Assembly: GCF_000981785.2 (NCBI RefSeq)
Contig: NZ_CP011304.1
Location: 3,840,001 to 3,872,000, forward strand
Source: Microcystis aeruginosa NIES-2549
Lineage (GTDB): Bacteria; Cyanobacteriota; Cyanobacteriia; Cyanobacteriales; Microcystaceae
Reading direction: 5' to 3'
Length of the DNA: 32,000 nucleotides
Shown in pieces: positions 10,084 to 18,174 of the stretch. Both the position numbers and the translations under genes were made by a program. The number at the start of each line of letters is the position of its first letter. The stretch's first letter is position 1. Below the pieces are notes generated by a model. It saw only the letters and a program-made list of their open reading frames with translations. It was not told the DNA's origin and did not search any database.

Positions 10084-10224
10084 AATTAACCCGTGGCTAC
10101 CATTAGGTTAACTACTCTCCCACAAGCCTACTTTTTTCTTAGTACAAGTATTCTATATTTTGCGATCTCTGTTTTGGGTATCGTACCTATACCCTACTGA
10201 ATTCTACCCATCAATCTACTTTTC

Positions 10225-10267
10225 GACTGCAAAAACAAAAATCAGTCCATATCTTGACTGCAAAAAC
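10225..10267 (+). promoter_or_regulatory. Two perfect 12-nt direct repeats gactgcaaaaac (10225-10236 and 10256-10267), a candidate operator or activator site
   Basis: Read directly. The 31-bp centre-to-centre spacing places the repeats just upstream of the candidate -35 of the dndB-like gene. Confidence 0.3.
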
Positions 10268-10291
10268 GGTATATTAACTTTATATGGGATA

Positions 10292-10320
10292 TTGACAAGC
10301 CTAAAAGCTTTCTTTAAACT
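10292..10320 (+). promoter_or_regulatory. Candidate sigma70-type promoter for the dndB-like gene
   Basis: TTGACA (10292-10297), a 17-nt spacer, then TAAACT (10315-10320), about 100 nt upstream of the ATG at 10426. Confidence 0.4.
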
Positions 10321-10425
10321 AGATTCAGTGCATAAACAAAAATTCCGATAAGTACCTATTGCAGTAGGACTTCTCGGACGTTTGTATGTACTTAATTGTT
10401 TTTGGACATTTTTTCAAGGTTAATT

Positions 10426-11661
10426 ATGACTCAGATCACATCGGCTGTCAATGACGACGGCTACCGTTCCAGTGCTGACCTCGTACACTGTCAAAGACAA
10501 GATGAAGCGCAGACTTTAGCTTTCGCTGATTCGGCCACATCAGGAGCGAGAGTTTTTATTTGTCATGTTTACGAACAGGGGGGAAGAACTCATCTAGTTT
10601 TTTCTCTACCTTGTAGTCTGCTGATTGAATTGGCAAAATTACAGAGTGCTGAAGCTAAAAAGAATAAGTCTAATGCGGATGAAGTCATGAACAGACCACT
10701 TATTCTCCAGCACGTTAACGAGATTGCAAAGTATTTGCAAGATACGGATCAGTATATTTTGCCCCCATTCATCTTTAACTCGAATACACCGATCAAAGTT
10801 TTTACCTATGGTGCAGGTCCAGTCAAATTCGGTTATGCTGTTATGCCAATAGATGTAGAACTTTATGTTACTGACGGTCAACATCGGTTAAAAGCGATCG
10901 AAAAAGTTTTACCTGAAAAACCTGACTTGCGTAACGACAGCGTAACTGTGCTGGTAGTTCAAGAAGCAGATATGGATCAAATTCATCAAGATTTTGCCGA
11001 TTGTGCCAAAAATAAACCCATCCCTCCTGCTTTATTGGCTGCTTTCGACGTTACTGATCCTCTTGCTAAGTTGACTCGGACAATTACTAAAGATTTAGTC
11101 ATTTTCAATGGACGGATTGATAAAATCTCTCGTACTATCGGAAAAGACGCCAAATATATGTTTACTATGAGTCAGTTAAGAATCGGTGTCGCTGAATTTC
11201 TTTTTGGTTCATCTCGAAAACCAGTTATAGAATCTCATTCTCGTCAAAGTAAGAGTGAATTTTTGCTGATGTTAGAGAGATTAAAGATTTTTTACACAGA
11301 ATTCGCCAAAAACAATGATACTTGGCGACTTTTGCTACAACCCGCATCTCAAACGGTCAATCTCAACTTATACGATCTCAGACAACAGCGTGTGGATTTT
11401 AATACCGTTGGGTTTCAGGTACTTAGTCGAATTGGACATTTCATCTTTTTTGGACAAGAATTCACTGATTTACAGCGAGAAGCTCTAATTAAAGCACTTG
11501 CGGGTTTGGATTATACCCGTGACTCAGCTTTATGGCTAAATAGTATCGTGATTGATGATGCTGGTGCTAAAAAGATAGTTACACAGACAACAGCAGTCGA
11601 TAAAGCGTTTAAAATCGCCAGAGATGCTGTACAAGAGAAAACTGGGATAGTTTTAATCTAG
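10426..11661 (+). CDS. dndB: DGQHR-domain protein, DndB-like (ParB/sulfiredoxin-fold family)
   Basis: A VTDGQHRLKAIEKV motif plus the downstream IHQDFADCAKNKP motif typical of DndB-like proteins. The ATG at 10426 is preceded by aagg (the ORF track starts at a TTG at 10396). Confidence 0.8.
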   Translation: MTQITSAVNDDGYRSSADLVHCQRQDEAQTLAFADSATSGARVFICHVYEQGGRTHLVFSLPCSLLIELAKLQSAEAKKNKSNADEVMNRPLILQHVNEIAKYLQDTDQYILPPFIFNSNTPIKVFTYGAGPVKFGYAVMPIDVELYVTDGQHRLKAIEKVLPEKPDLRNDSVTVLVVQEADMDQIHQDFADCAKNKPIPPALLAAFDVTDPLAKLTRTITKDLVIFNGRIDKISRTIGKDAKYMFTMSQLRIGVAEFLFGSSRKPVIESHSRQSKSEFLLMLERLKIFYTEFAKNNDTWRLLLQPASQTVNLNLYDLRQQRVDFNTVGFQVLSRIGHFIFFGQEFTDLQREALIKALAGLDYTRDSALWLNSIVIDDAGAKKIVTQTTAVDKAFKIARDAVQEKTGIVLI

Positions 11662-11819
11662 TTTCGAGTAGATTTAGAGCAATTCAGTCTTATATACCTT
11701 CTGAAATCACAAGCAGAGATCGAGCAGTTTTGCTTTATCTCTCTTTTCCTGTGACTATTGATAGGTTTTACTAATTAGACATACAGTATAGAGAGGAGAA
11801 CTTTAAAAGCATATATGTA

Positions 11820-13421
11820 ATGACCGCAATCCAAACCTCTCTACTACCGAATCGTACTATTGATGAGTTCGTAGAAGATATTAAACTACTGACTCAAGAA
11901 GTACAAAAGCTCTACTGTTTAGATGAGATTCCTTGGATTATTGGTGTTTCTTGGGGAAAAGATAGTTCAGCAGTTTTACAGTTAATCTGGAATGCGATCG
12001 CTGCTTTACCATTAGAGAAGCGACAAAAAACTATTCATGTGATCACCACCGACACAATGGTTGAAAATCCCATTGTCTCCGCATGGGTTAGAAAGTCGAT
12101 GGAAAAGCTGGAAAAAGCTTCAGAAGCTCATAGAATGCCATTTAAATCACATTTACTCTATCCTGCTGTAGAAGATCGCTTTTGGAGTGGATTAATAGGT
12201 AAGGGTTATCCTGCTCCCCGTTTGAAATTTCGTTGGTGTACTGGAAGACTGAAAATTAACGCTTCTAATAACTTTATTCGTGAAGTCATCAGAAATTGTG
12301 GGGAAACAATATTAGTTTTGGGAATCCGCAAAACAGAAAGCTCTCGTCGTGCTAAGGTGATGGAAAAATTAGAAGCTAAAAGACTTCGTGAGCGTTTGAG
12401 TCCTAATGCAAATATGCCCAATTCTCTCGTTTATAGTCCGATCGAAGATTGGCGTACTGATGAAGTATGGATGTACTTAATGCAGTGGGAAAATCCCTGG
12501 GGAGGAGACAACAAAGAATTATTAGCAATGTATCGAGGAGCGACTGCGGATAATGAATGTCCCCTGGTGGTAGATACCTCCAGTCCTAGCTGTGGAAGTT
12601 CCCGTTTTGGTTGTTGGGTTTGTACTTTGGTAGATAAAGATACATCTCTGAGTATGATGGTTCAGAATGACCAAGAAAAGGAATGGTTACAACCACTCGT
12701 AGAACTTAGAAATGAATTAGACCTTTTGGATGATAGAGAGAGACGTGATTTCCGTCGTCTTGTTGGGAAAGTACAATTATTTGAAAGAAACTTAAATGGA
12801 GAAATATCGATCGAACCCATACCGGGACCCTATACTAAAAAATGGCGGGAATATTGGCTGAGAAGGGTATTAGAGGCCCAGGAGAGCGTGCGTACTAATG
12901 CCCCAGAGGATATGAAAGATATTACCCTAATTACCACGGAGGAACTCAGCGAAATTCGCCGGATTTGGAGGGAAGAAAAGCACGAATTTGATGACCAATT
13001 ACCGAAGATTTATAAACAAGTGACTGGAGAAACTTTTCAAGACCCGCGACCTGGAGCGGATAATAATCTTTTGGGGAGTGAAGAATGGGATATCCTCGCG
13101 GATATCTGTGCCGAGGATTCCATGCACCTAGAATTATTGGCTAAACTTATCGATACGGAACGTCAATATTTTCTCAAAATCTCTCGCAAGGGTATTTACA
13201 AAGACCTAGAAAAATGCTTTGAGTCTAGTTCTCGTAGTAAAGAGGAAGCGATCGAAAATGCTCGTTATGTCTATGATCTAAAGAATGCCGCTCAAAGTGG
13301 CAATATTGCTCAGGTGAAAGAACAACTCAAGGAGAGTTTTAGTGAACCGGAAAAAGACCCGCAAAAACAGTTAACTTGGGCCAGTATGAAATTCCCTACA
13401 ACCGATGAGGAGGAGGAATAA
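11820..13421 (+). CDS. dndC: DndC-like PAPS-reductase-fold PP-loop ATP pyrophosphatase with Fe-S cysteine cluster
   Basis: 533 aa. It has PP-loop VSWGKDSSAVLQLIW, GKGYPAPRLKFRWCTGRLKI and ECPLVVDTSSPSCGSSRFGCWVCT, the motif set I associate with DndC of DNA phosphorothioation systems. Confidence 0.88.
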   Translation: MTAIQTSLLPNRTIDEFVEDIKLLTQEVQKLYCLDEIPWIIGVSWGKDSSAVLQLIWNAIAALPLEKRQKTIHVITTDTMVENPIVSAWVRKSMEKLEKASEAHRMPFKSHLLYPAVEDRFWSGLIGKGYPAPRLKFRWCTGRLKINASNNFIREVIRNCGETILVLGIRKTESSRRAKVMEKLEAKRLRERLSPNANMPNSLVYSPIEDWRTDEVWMYLMQWENPWGGDNKELLAMYRGATADNECPLVVDTSSPSCGSSRFGCWVCTLVDKDTSLSMMVQNDQEKEWLQPLVELRNELDLLDDRERRDFRRLVGKVQLFERNLNGEISIEPIPGPYTKKWREYWLRRVLEAQESVRTNAPEDMKDITLITTEELSEIRRIWREEKHEFDDQLPKIYKQVTGETFQDPRPGADNNLLGSEEWDILADICAEDSMHLELLAKLIDTERQYFLKISRKGIYKDLEKCFESSSRSKEEAIENARYVYDLKNAAQSGNIAQVKEQLKESFSEPEKDPQKQLTWASMKFPTTDEEEE

Positions 13422-13484
13422 CGGGTTTATGTAAACTGGCGATCGAGTGGACTACCAATAAAATTACCATTTCCCGATGACGAG

Positions 13485-14177
13485 ATGAAACCCTACCAAA
13501 AAATTCCTATTCGTGAATGTGGGGAACCCCTAGTACCTATACCCGCAGATAAGTTTGTTATTCCTTCTCCCCATGCTTACGAGAAATTAGGGGCTAATTA
13601 TCGGGGTAAATCTCCCTATTTTTTGCGACAAGGGGTGTTAAATGCCCTGATTGAGGCTCAAAACCGTCTGCAAGTCTATCAACCCGGTTGGCAAATTTTG
13701 ATTTTTGATGCCTATCGACCGGTGGAAGTGCAACAATTTATGGTCGATTATACTTTTCAGACTCTCCTAGACACAAGAGGATTAGCCAAAGAGAAACTAT
13801 CGGAGGCAGAAAGTCAAGCGATTTTAACAGAAGTTTACACTATTTGGGCAATTCCCAGCGATAATGCCGCCACCCCGCCTCCCCATAGTACCGGAGCGGC
13901 GATCGATATTACCCTAGTGGACGAGAAGGGACAAACCATCGACATGGGGGGAGAAATCGATGAGATCGGAGAGCGATCGCATCCCGATTATTATATCGCC
14001 GCAAAAAGCCCGCAAGAACAGAGTTATCATCAAAAACGAGTTTTATTGGCTAAAGTGATGGAGGAGGCGGGATTTAGCCGACATAAGGGGGAATGGTGGC
14101 ATTTTTCCCTAGGGGATCAGATGTGGGCCTGGTCGCTCGATCGAGCCTACGCCATCTATGGCAGAGTGGAGGATTAA
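13485..14177 (+). CDS. D-alanyl-D-alanine dipeptidase, VanX/DdpX-like (peptidase M15D)
   Basis: PPHSTGAAIDITLVD and GEWWHFSLGD zinc-ligand motifs. 230 aa. Confidence 0.85.
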   Translation: MKPYQKIPIRECGEPLVPIPADKFVIPSPHAYEKLGANYRGKSPYFLRQGVLNALIEAQNRLQVYQPGWQILIFDAYRPVEVQQFMVDYTFQTLLDTRGLAKEKLSEAESQAILTEVYTIWAIPSDNAATPPPHSTGAAIDITLVDEKGQTIDMGGEIDEIGERSHPDYYIAAKSPQEQSYHQKRVLLAKVMEEAGFSRHKGEWWHFSLGDQMWAWSLDRAYAIYGRVED

Positions 14178-14291
14178 GTAGGGGTTGCTGAATAAATCTA
14201 AAAACCTCGTTGGATAATATCTTTAGGCTTTTTTGAGATCAAAAAGTGCCGGCCCTTGGAGTAATCGGGGGAAAAGGACTCTCTTATTCTT

Positions 14292-14405
14292 TGTGTGATA
14301 GGTTTAACTTAATTATAGAAGCGATCAATCTTTGTGTCCTTTGTGTCTTTGTGGTTCGTTCCACACCCCACACCCCACCAACAAACTTTTTCAGCAAACC
14401 CTAAG
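14292..14405 (+). repeat. Composite dispersed repeat: L module (tgtgtgata...ctttgtgtcctttgtgtctttgtggttcgttccac), (CACCCCA)n heptamers, R module (ccaccaacaaactttttcagcaaaccctaag)
   Basis: The L module recurs at 19769-19840 in the same orientation. The R module recurs inverted at 19638-19667. Confidence 0.75.
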
Positions 14406-14483
14406 TAGATAGCTGTTGAGCGGTAAACTCAAAGCAGCTGGTCTAGATAAATACTGATATACTAACAAAAGAAGACTCAAAGC

Positions 14484-14888
14484 TTACACCGACTCCCGAT
14501 CAACGATCGCCAAAATTTGCTCAACAAAAGCTTGGTGATCAACCACTGGTTTAGAAATATAACCATCGGCCCGACTCTGCTTGAGAAAATTCTCTCGATC
14601 GCCTTCCATAGCGTGAGCAGTGACGAGAATAACGGGTAAATCGGCGGTTTCGGGGTTAGCTTTGAGAATTTGGCTGATTTTAATGCCATCTACCGCTTTC
14701 CCTTCATAGACACTATGGGAGAGGGAGACATCCATTAAGATCACGTCCGCTTCCTTATCCCGAGCAATACGAAGCACTTCTTCCACATCTTCGGTCCCTT
14801 TGACCTCTAGACCACCTCGTTTGGTCAAAATTTTGGCAAAAACGCGAAAATTTATCGGGTCGTCTTCTACAATCAAAACAGTCGTCAT
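14484..14888 (-). CDS. Stand-alone response regulator receiver (CheY-like)
   Basis: 134 aa. It has VLIVEDDPIN, ILMDVSL (the phospho-acceptor Asp context) and a conserved Lys region (YISKP). Confidence 0.9.
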   Translation of the reverse strand: MTTVLIVEDDPINFRVFAKILTKRGGLEVKGTEDVEEVLRIARDKEADVILMDVSLSHSVYEGKAVDGIKISQILKANPETADLPVILVTAHAMEGDRENFLKQSRADGYISKPVVDHQAFVEQILAIVDRESV

Positions 14889-14970
14889 AGGGAAGCTCAG
14901 GGATAAACAAGGTTAAAAAGGGCAAAATGCCTTATGATTCACAGCTAGACAGATTAAAAACGAGAGACTC

Positions 14971-17628
14971 ATGGCCAAACAACTGGATTTCTTAGCTAGT
15001 GGTCAAATTATACCCACGGCTTTACACCAAGAGATGGAACGCTCCTATCTAGAATATGCCATGAGTGTGATCGTGGGGCGAGCCTTGCCGGATGTACGCG
15101 ATGGCTTAAAACCAGTACATCGTCGCATATTATACGCTATGCACGAACTGGGTTTAACTCCCGATCGCCCTTTTCGCAAATGCGCGCGGGTGGTGGGGGA
15201 TGTGTTGGGTAAATATCATCCCCACGGCGATCAGTCAGTGTACGAGGCACTGGTTCGTATGGTACAGGATTTTTCCAGTCGTTACCCACTTTTATCGGGC
15301 CATGGTAACTTTGGTTCGATCGATAACGACCCCCCGGCGGCCATGCGTTACACAGAAACCCGTTTGGCCGGCATCGGCGATCAGGCGGTTTTAGGGGGAA
15401 TTAGCGAAGCTATCGTTAATTTCAACAGTAATTTTGATAATTCTCAACAGGAACCCGTTGTTTTACCCGCTCAGTTACCGATACTCATTCTTAATGGTTG
15501 TTCTGGTATTGCGGTGGGGATGGCGACTAATATTCCTCCCCATAATTTAGGGGAAGTGGTGGAAGGTTTAATCGCTTTGATTGATAATCCCGATTTAAGC
15601 GAGGAAAAGTTAGTAGAAATTATCCCCGGGCCCGATTTTCCCACGGGAGGCGAGATACTAGATGATACCGGTATTCGCGAGGCTTATCGCACTGGTAGGG
15701 GGATTATTCCCGTGCGCGGAGTGGCGAAAACTGAAACAATTATCATTGAGGGCAAGCGCCGAAGGGAAAGGACGGCAATTGTGGTTACTGAGTTGCCTTT
15801 TCAGGTGAATAAGGCGGCATGGATTGAAAAAATCGCCGAATTAGTCAATTTAGGGAAATTGGAGGGAATTGCCGATATCCGCGATGAAAGCAATCGCGAA
15901 GGCATTCGGGTGGTGATTGAATTAAAGCGGGAAAGTCAACCGCAGCAGGTTTTGGCGGCTTTATACCAACAAACGGCCCTACAGACTAATTTCGGGGCAA
16001 TTATCCTCGCTTTGGTCGATAATCAACCCCGGCAGTTATCGTTAAAACAAGTTTTACAGGAATTCTTGCGCTTTCGAGAAACGACTCTCACCCGTCAGTA
16101 TGGCGATGAGTTGCAACAGGCCAGCGATCGCTTACACCTAGTGGAGGGTTTATTATTAGCTTTGCAGAATATCGATCGAGTGGTGGATATTCTCAAAAAT
16201 GCTCCCGATGGGACGACGGCTAAGTATCGTTTTCAGGCAGAATTAGGCATTAGTGACCCTCAAGCTGATTCTATCTTGGCTATGCCCCTACGTCGTTTAA
16301 CCGGTTTGGAAAGACAAAAGTTAGAGACGGAAGCGACGGAATTACAAACAAAAATTCAACAGTTAGAAACCCTCCTCCATAACCGTCAGGAGTTTCTCAA
16401 GTCTCTGAAAAAAGAATTGCGCTCTTTAAAGAAAAAATTCGCCGATAGCAGACGGACAAAAATTCGCACAGGGAAGTCGGGGGACAGGAGACAGGAGACA
16501 GGAGACGGGAAGCAGCAGGCAGCAGGGAAGAAACAGGAGACAGTCCCGATGAAAAAATTTTCACCCCCACAGATGAAAGAGGTTTCTTTCCCCACACCCC
16601 ACACCCCACACCCCACACCCTCTTTGAAGGCAGAAGTTAAAAAACAGGAGAATAAAGTTAAGAAAAAGCCTGAGAGTGAGAATGCACCGAGTTTAAGCCT
16701 ATTTACGCCCCAAGAACCCCCAGAAAATGCAATTTTATTGCTTGATGCCGAAGATAAAATTAGTTGGACGACACCAGAAGAGCGAGCGCCGGACCAGGGT
16801 TTAATTATCTATCAACAGGCGATCGAAAAACGGGAAAATTTCCTAGTTATCCTCGATAATGCTAAAGCTTACCCGATTGCTACCCGGGAAGTCCCCCCGC
16901 AAGCGAATCAACCAGTGTTAATCTCCAGTCTGCTGACCAAAACCGCCCAAAAAGAGTCAGAAGCCGTGTTAAATCAATTTTTCTTGACGGAACCTCAAAA
17001 AACTCAAGAATTGCTTTTACTGAGTCAACAAGGGCGAATAAAGCGGCTTCCCATCGATGAATTAGAGGGGGTTGGTAGTCGGGGTTTGTCCCTGATGAAA
17101 TTGAAAGAAGACGATCGCCTATATGGTGCTATTTTTACTCACGAGGGCCTGGACTTAGCGATCGCCACCAGTAGCGGTCGAGTGTTACGTTATCCCGTGC
17201 GCGAGGAATTATTGCCAATGATGAGTAAATCCGCTCAGGGTTTGGCAATTTTGCGATTGCGCTACGGGGAACATCTAGCCGGCTGTGTTTCTCTCCCCCA
17301 TCGGGAAAATCTGCTCCTGATTTCGGGATTGGGTTACGCGAAAAGACTGGCGATCGAGAATTTACGTTTATCACAATTAGGCGATCTTGGTTCACCCGCT
17401 TTACAATTCGTCAACAAACAGGATAGTTTAGCGGCTATGGTAGCGGCGCGGCCGGGGAGTATAGTGTTATTAAGTACCAATCAGAATCGAAAACTACCCT
17501 TAGAGGTAGAAACTGTGACGGTTACGGGTAAAGACGGGACAGGTTCACAATTAGTGAAACTCAACCCCACAGAAAAAATTATCAAAGCACAATTGTTACA
17601 GGACACCTCGAATAGGGGATTTTGTTAA
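14971..17628 (+). CDS. Type IIA topoisomerase subunit A, GyrA/ParC family paralog with a low-complexity insertion
   Basis: It has [34 protein letters not shown], and the active-site Tyr context [11 protein letters not shown]. The C-terminal blades are degenerate. I found no GyrA-box (QRRGGKG-like) in the translation. Confidence 0.9.
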   Translation: MAKQLDFLASGQIIPTALHQEMERSYLEYAMSVIVGRALPDVRDGLKPVHRRILYAMHELGLTPDRPFRKCARVVGDVLGKYHPHGDQSVYEALVRMVQDFSSRYPLLSGHGNFGSIDNDPPAAMRYTETRLAGIGDQAVLGGISEAIVNFNSNFDNSQQEPVVLPAQLPILILNGCSGIAVGMATNIPPHNLGEVVEGLIALIDNPDLSEEKLVEIIPGPDFPTGGEILDDTGIREAYRTGRGIIPVRGVAKTETIIIEGKRRRERTAIVVTELPFQVNKAAWIEKIAELVNLGKLEGIADIRDESNREGIRVVIELKRESQPQQVLAALYQQTALQTNFGAIILALVDNQPRQLSLKQVLQEFLRFRETTLTRQYGDELQQASDRLHLVEGLLLALQNIDRVVDILKNAPDGTTAKYRFQAELGISDPQADSILAMPLRRLTGLERQKLETEATELQTKIQQLETLLHNRQEFLKSLKKELRSLKKKFADSRRTKIRTGKSGDRRQETGDGKQQAAGKKQETVPMKKFSPPQMKEVSFPTPHTPHPTPSLKAEVKKQENKVKKKPESENAPSLSLFTPQEPPENAILLLDAEDKISWTTPEERAPDQGLIIYQQAIEKRENFLVILDNAKAYPIATREVPPQANQPVLISSLLTKTAQKESEAVLNQFFLTEPQKTQELLLLSQQGRIKRLPIDELEGVGSRGLSLMKLKEDDRLYGAIFTHEGLDLAIATSSGRVLRYPVREELLPMMSKSAQGLAILRLRYGEHLAGCVSLPHRENLLLISGLGYAKRLAIENLRLSQLGDLGSPALQFVNKQDSLAAMVAARPGSIVLLSTNQNRKLPLEVETVTVTGKDGTGSQLVKLNPTEKIIKAQLLQDTSNRGFC
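16541..16625 (+). repeat. Copy A of a ~90-nt dispersed element ending in (CCCCACA)4, located in frame inside the topoisomerase CDS
   Basis: cagtcccgatgaaaaaattttcacccccacagatgaaagaggtttctttcccc(acacccc)n is almost identical to 26056-26146, with one substitution and one extra heptamer in copy B. Confidence 0.9.
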
Positions 17629-18010
17629 CAAAGTGTTGGTCGAGGAAATCTCCTAGATATACAGTGGTGAAGAGGGAATAATTTTAAATAACTAACAAGG
17701 CTCTCCGTCACTCAAAATTTGATTTTTCGAGCTGTCTTAGAAATAACGCCCTGGTTATTGAGTAAAATTAAACTTTTTCTGCCCATCAACTTAAAAACTT
17801 GCGTTTTTTGGATCATCTTAGCATAGAGGAAGGAGTAGTATGAGTTAAAGCAAAGTTGATTTGTTAATTTTGTCTATCAGTGTAATCTGGGTTAAATCTC
17901 TCACTTTTTTCCCTGATCAATTACTAAGAGGCAAGATTAGACGGACTTAAGTTACATATCTTGATAATTCAAAAAACTCTCAACCGCTTATTCCTCCTGC
18001 CTCCTGCCTT

Positions 18011-18039
18011 GCTAAAACGCATCTAAGATGCGTTTTAGC
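18011..18039. other. Perfect 13-bp stem, 3-nt loop hairpin gctaaaacgcatc-taa-gatgcgttttagc
   Basis: Read directly. It contains the ATG at 18028 that the ORF track uses as a start. Function unknown. Confidence 0.4.
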
Positions 18040-18174
18040 TTACCCCGATCAATTGGACTTATTGATAAAATCTTCGCACTAATTGAGAATAACCCAAGAT
18101 TTCATGAGGGTTTCGGGCTGTGCAATACTGAAGTAAATCTATTTTTTGAGCTACCCTACACCGTCTCTAAGTCA

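Larger units (their letters stand above)
9237..10103 (+). repeat. Tandem segmental duplication (unit 1 about 9237-9674, unit 2 about 9732-10103, 57-nt spacer)
   Basis: Near-identical units starting with ggtttagtcttaaaatagtccccgatagggaaccgag. Unit 1 starts inside the last codons and stop of the ABC exporter gene, and that stop context is copied into unit 2. Confidence 0.9.

Noticed and set aside
9237-10103. Possible CRISPR array or other spaced-repeat locus (also considered for the heptamer tracts at 16481-16620, 19666-19705 and 26105-26142).
   Set aside because: The units are about 370-440 nt gene-length duplicates or 7-nt tandem repeats. They are not 25-40 nt repeats separated by unique spacers, and no cas genes are present.
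10160-10351. 63-aa ORF upstream of the DGQHR gene.
   Set aside because: It is an AT-rich tract holding the candidate promoter and the 12-nt direct repeats. The protein is low-complexity Tyr/Phe/Leu-rich with no RBS.
17629-18010. Possible ncRNA or tRNA in the 400-nt gap after the topoisomerase gene. I also scanned the other long gaps at 14178-14483, 25875-26244 and 28165-28557.
   Set aside because: I found no cloverleaf-compatible segments, no T-loop GTTCGAATC-like box, and no recognisable 6S, RNase P or tmRNA cores by eye. Small RNAs cannot be excluded without covariance searches.
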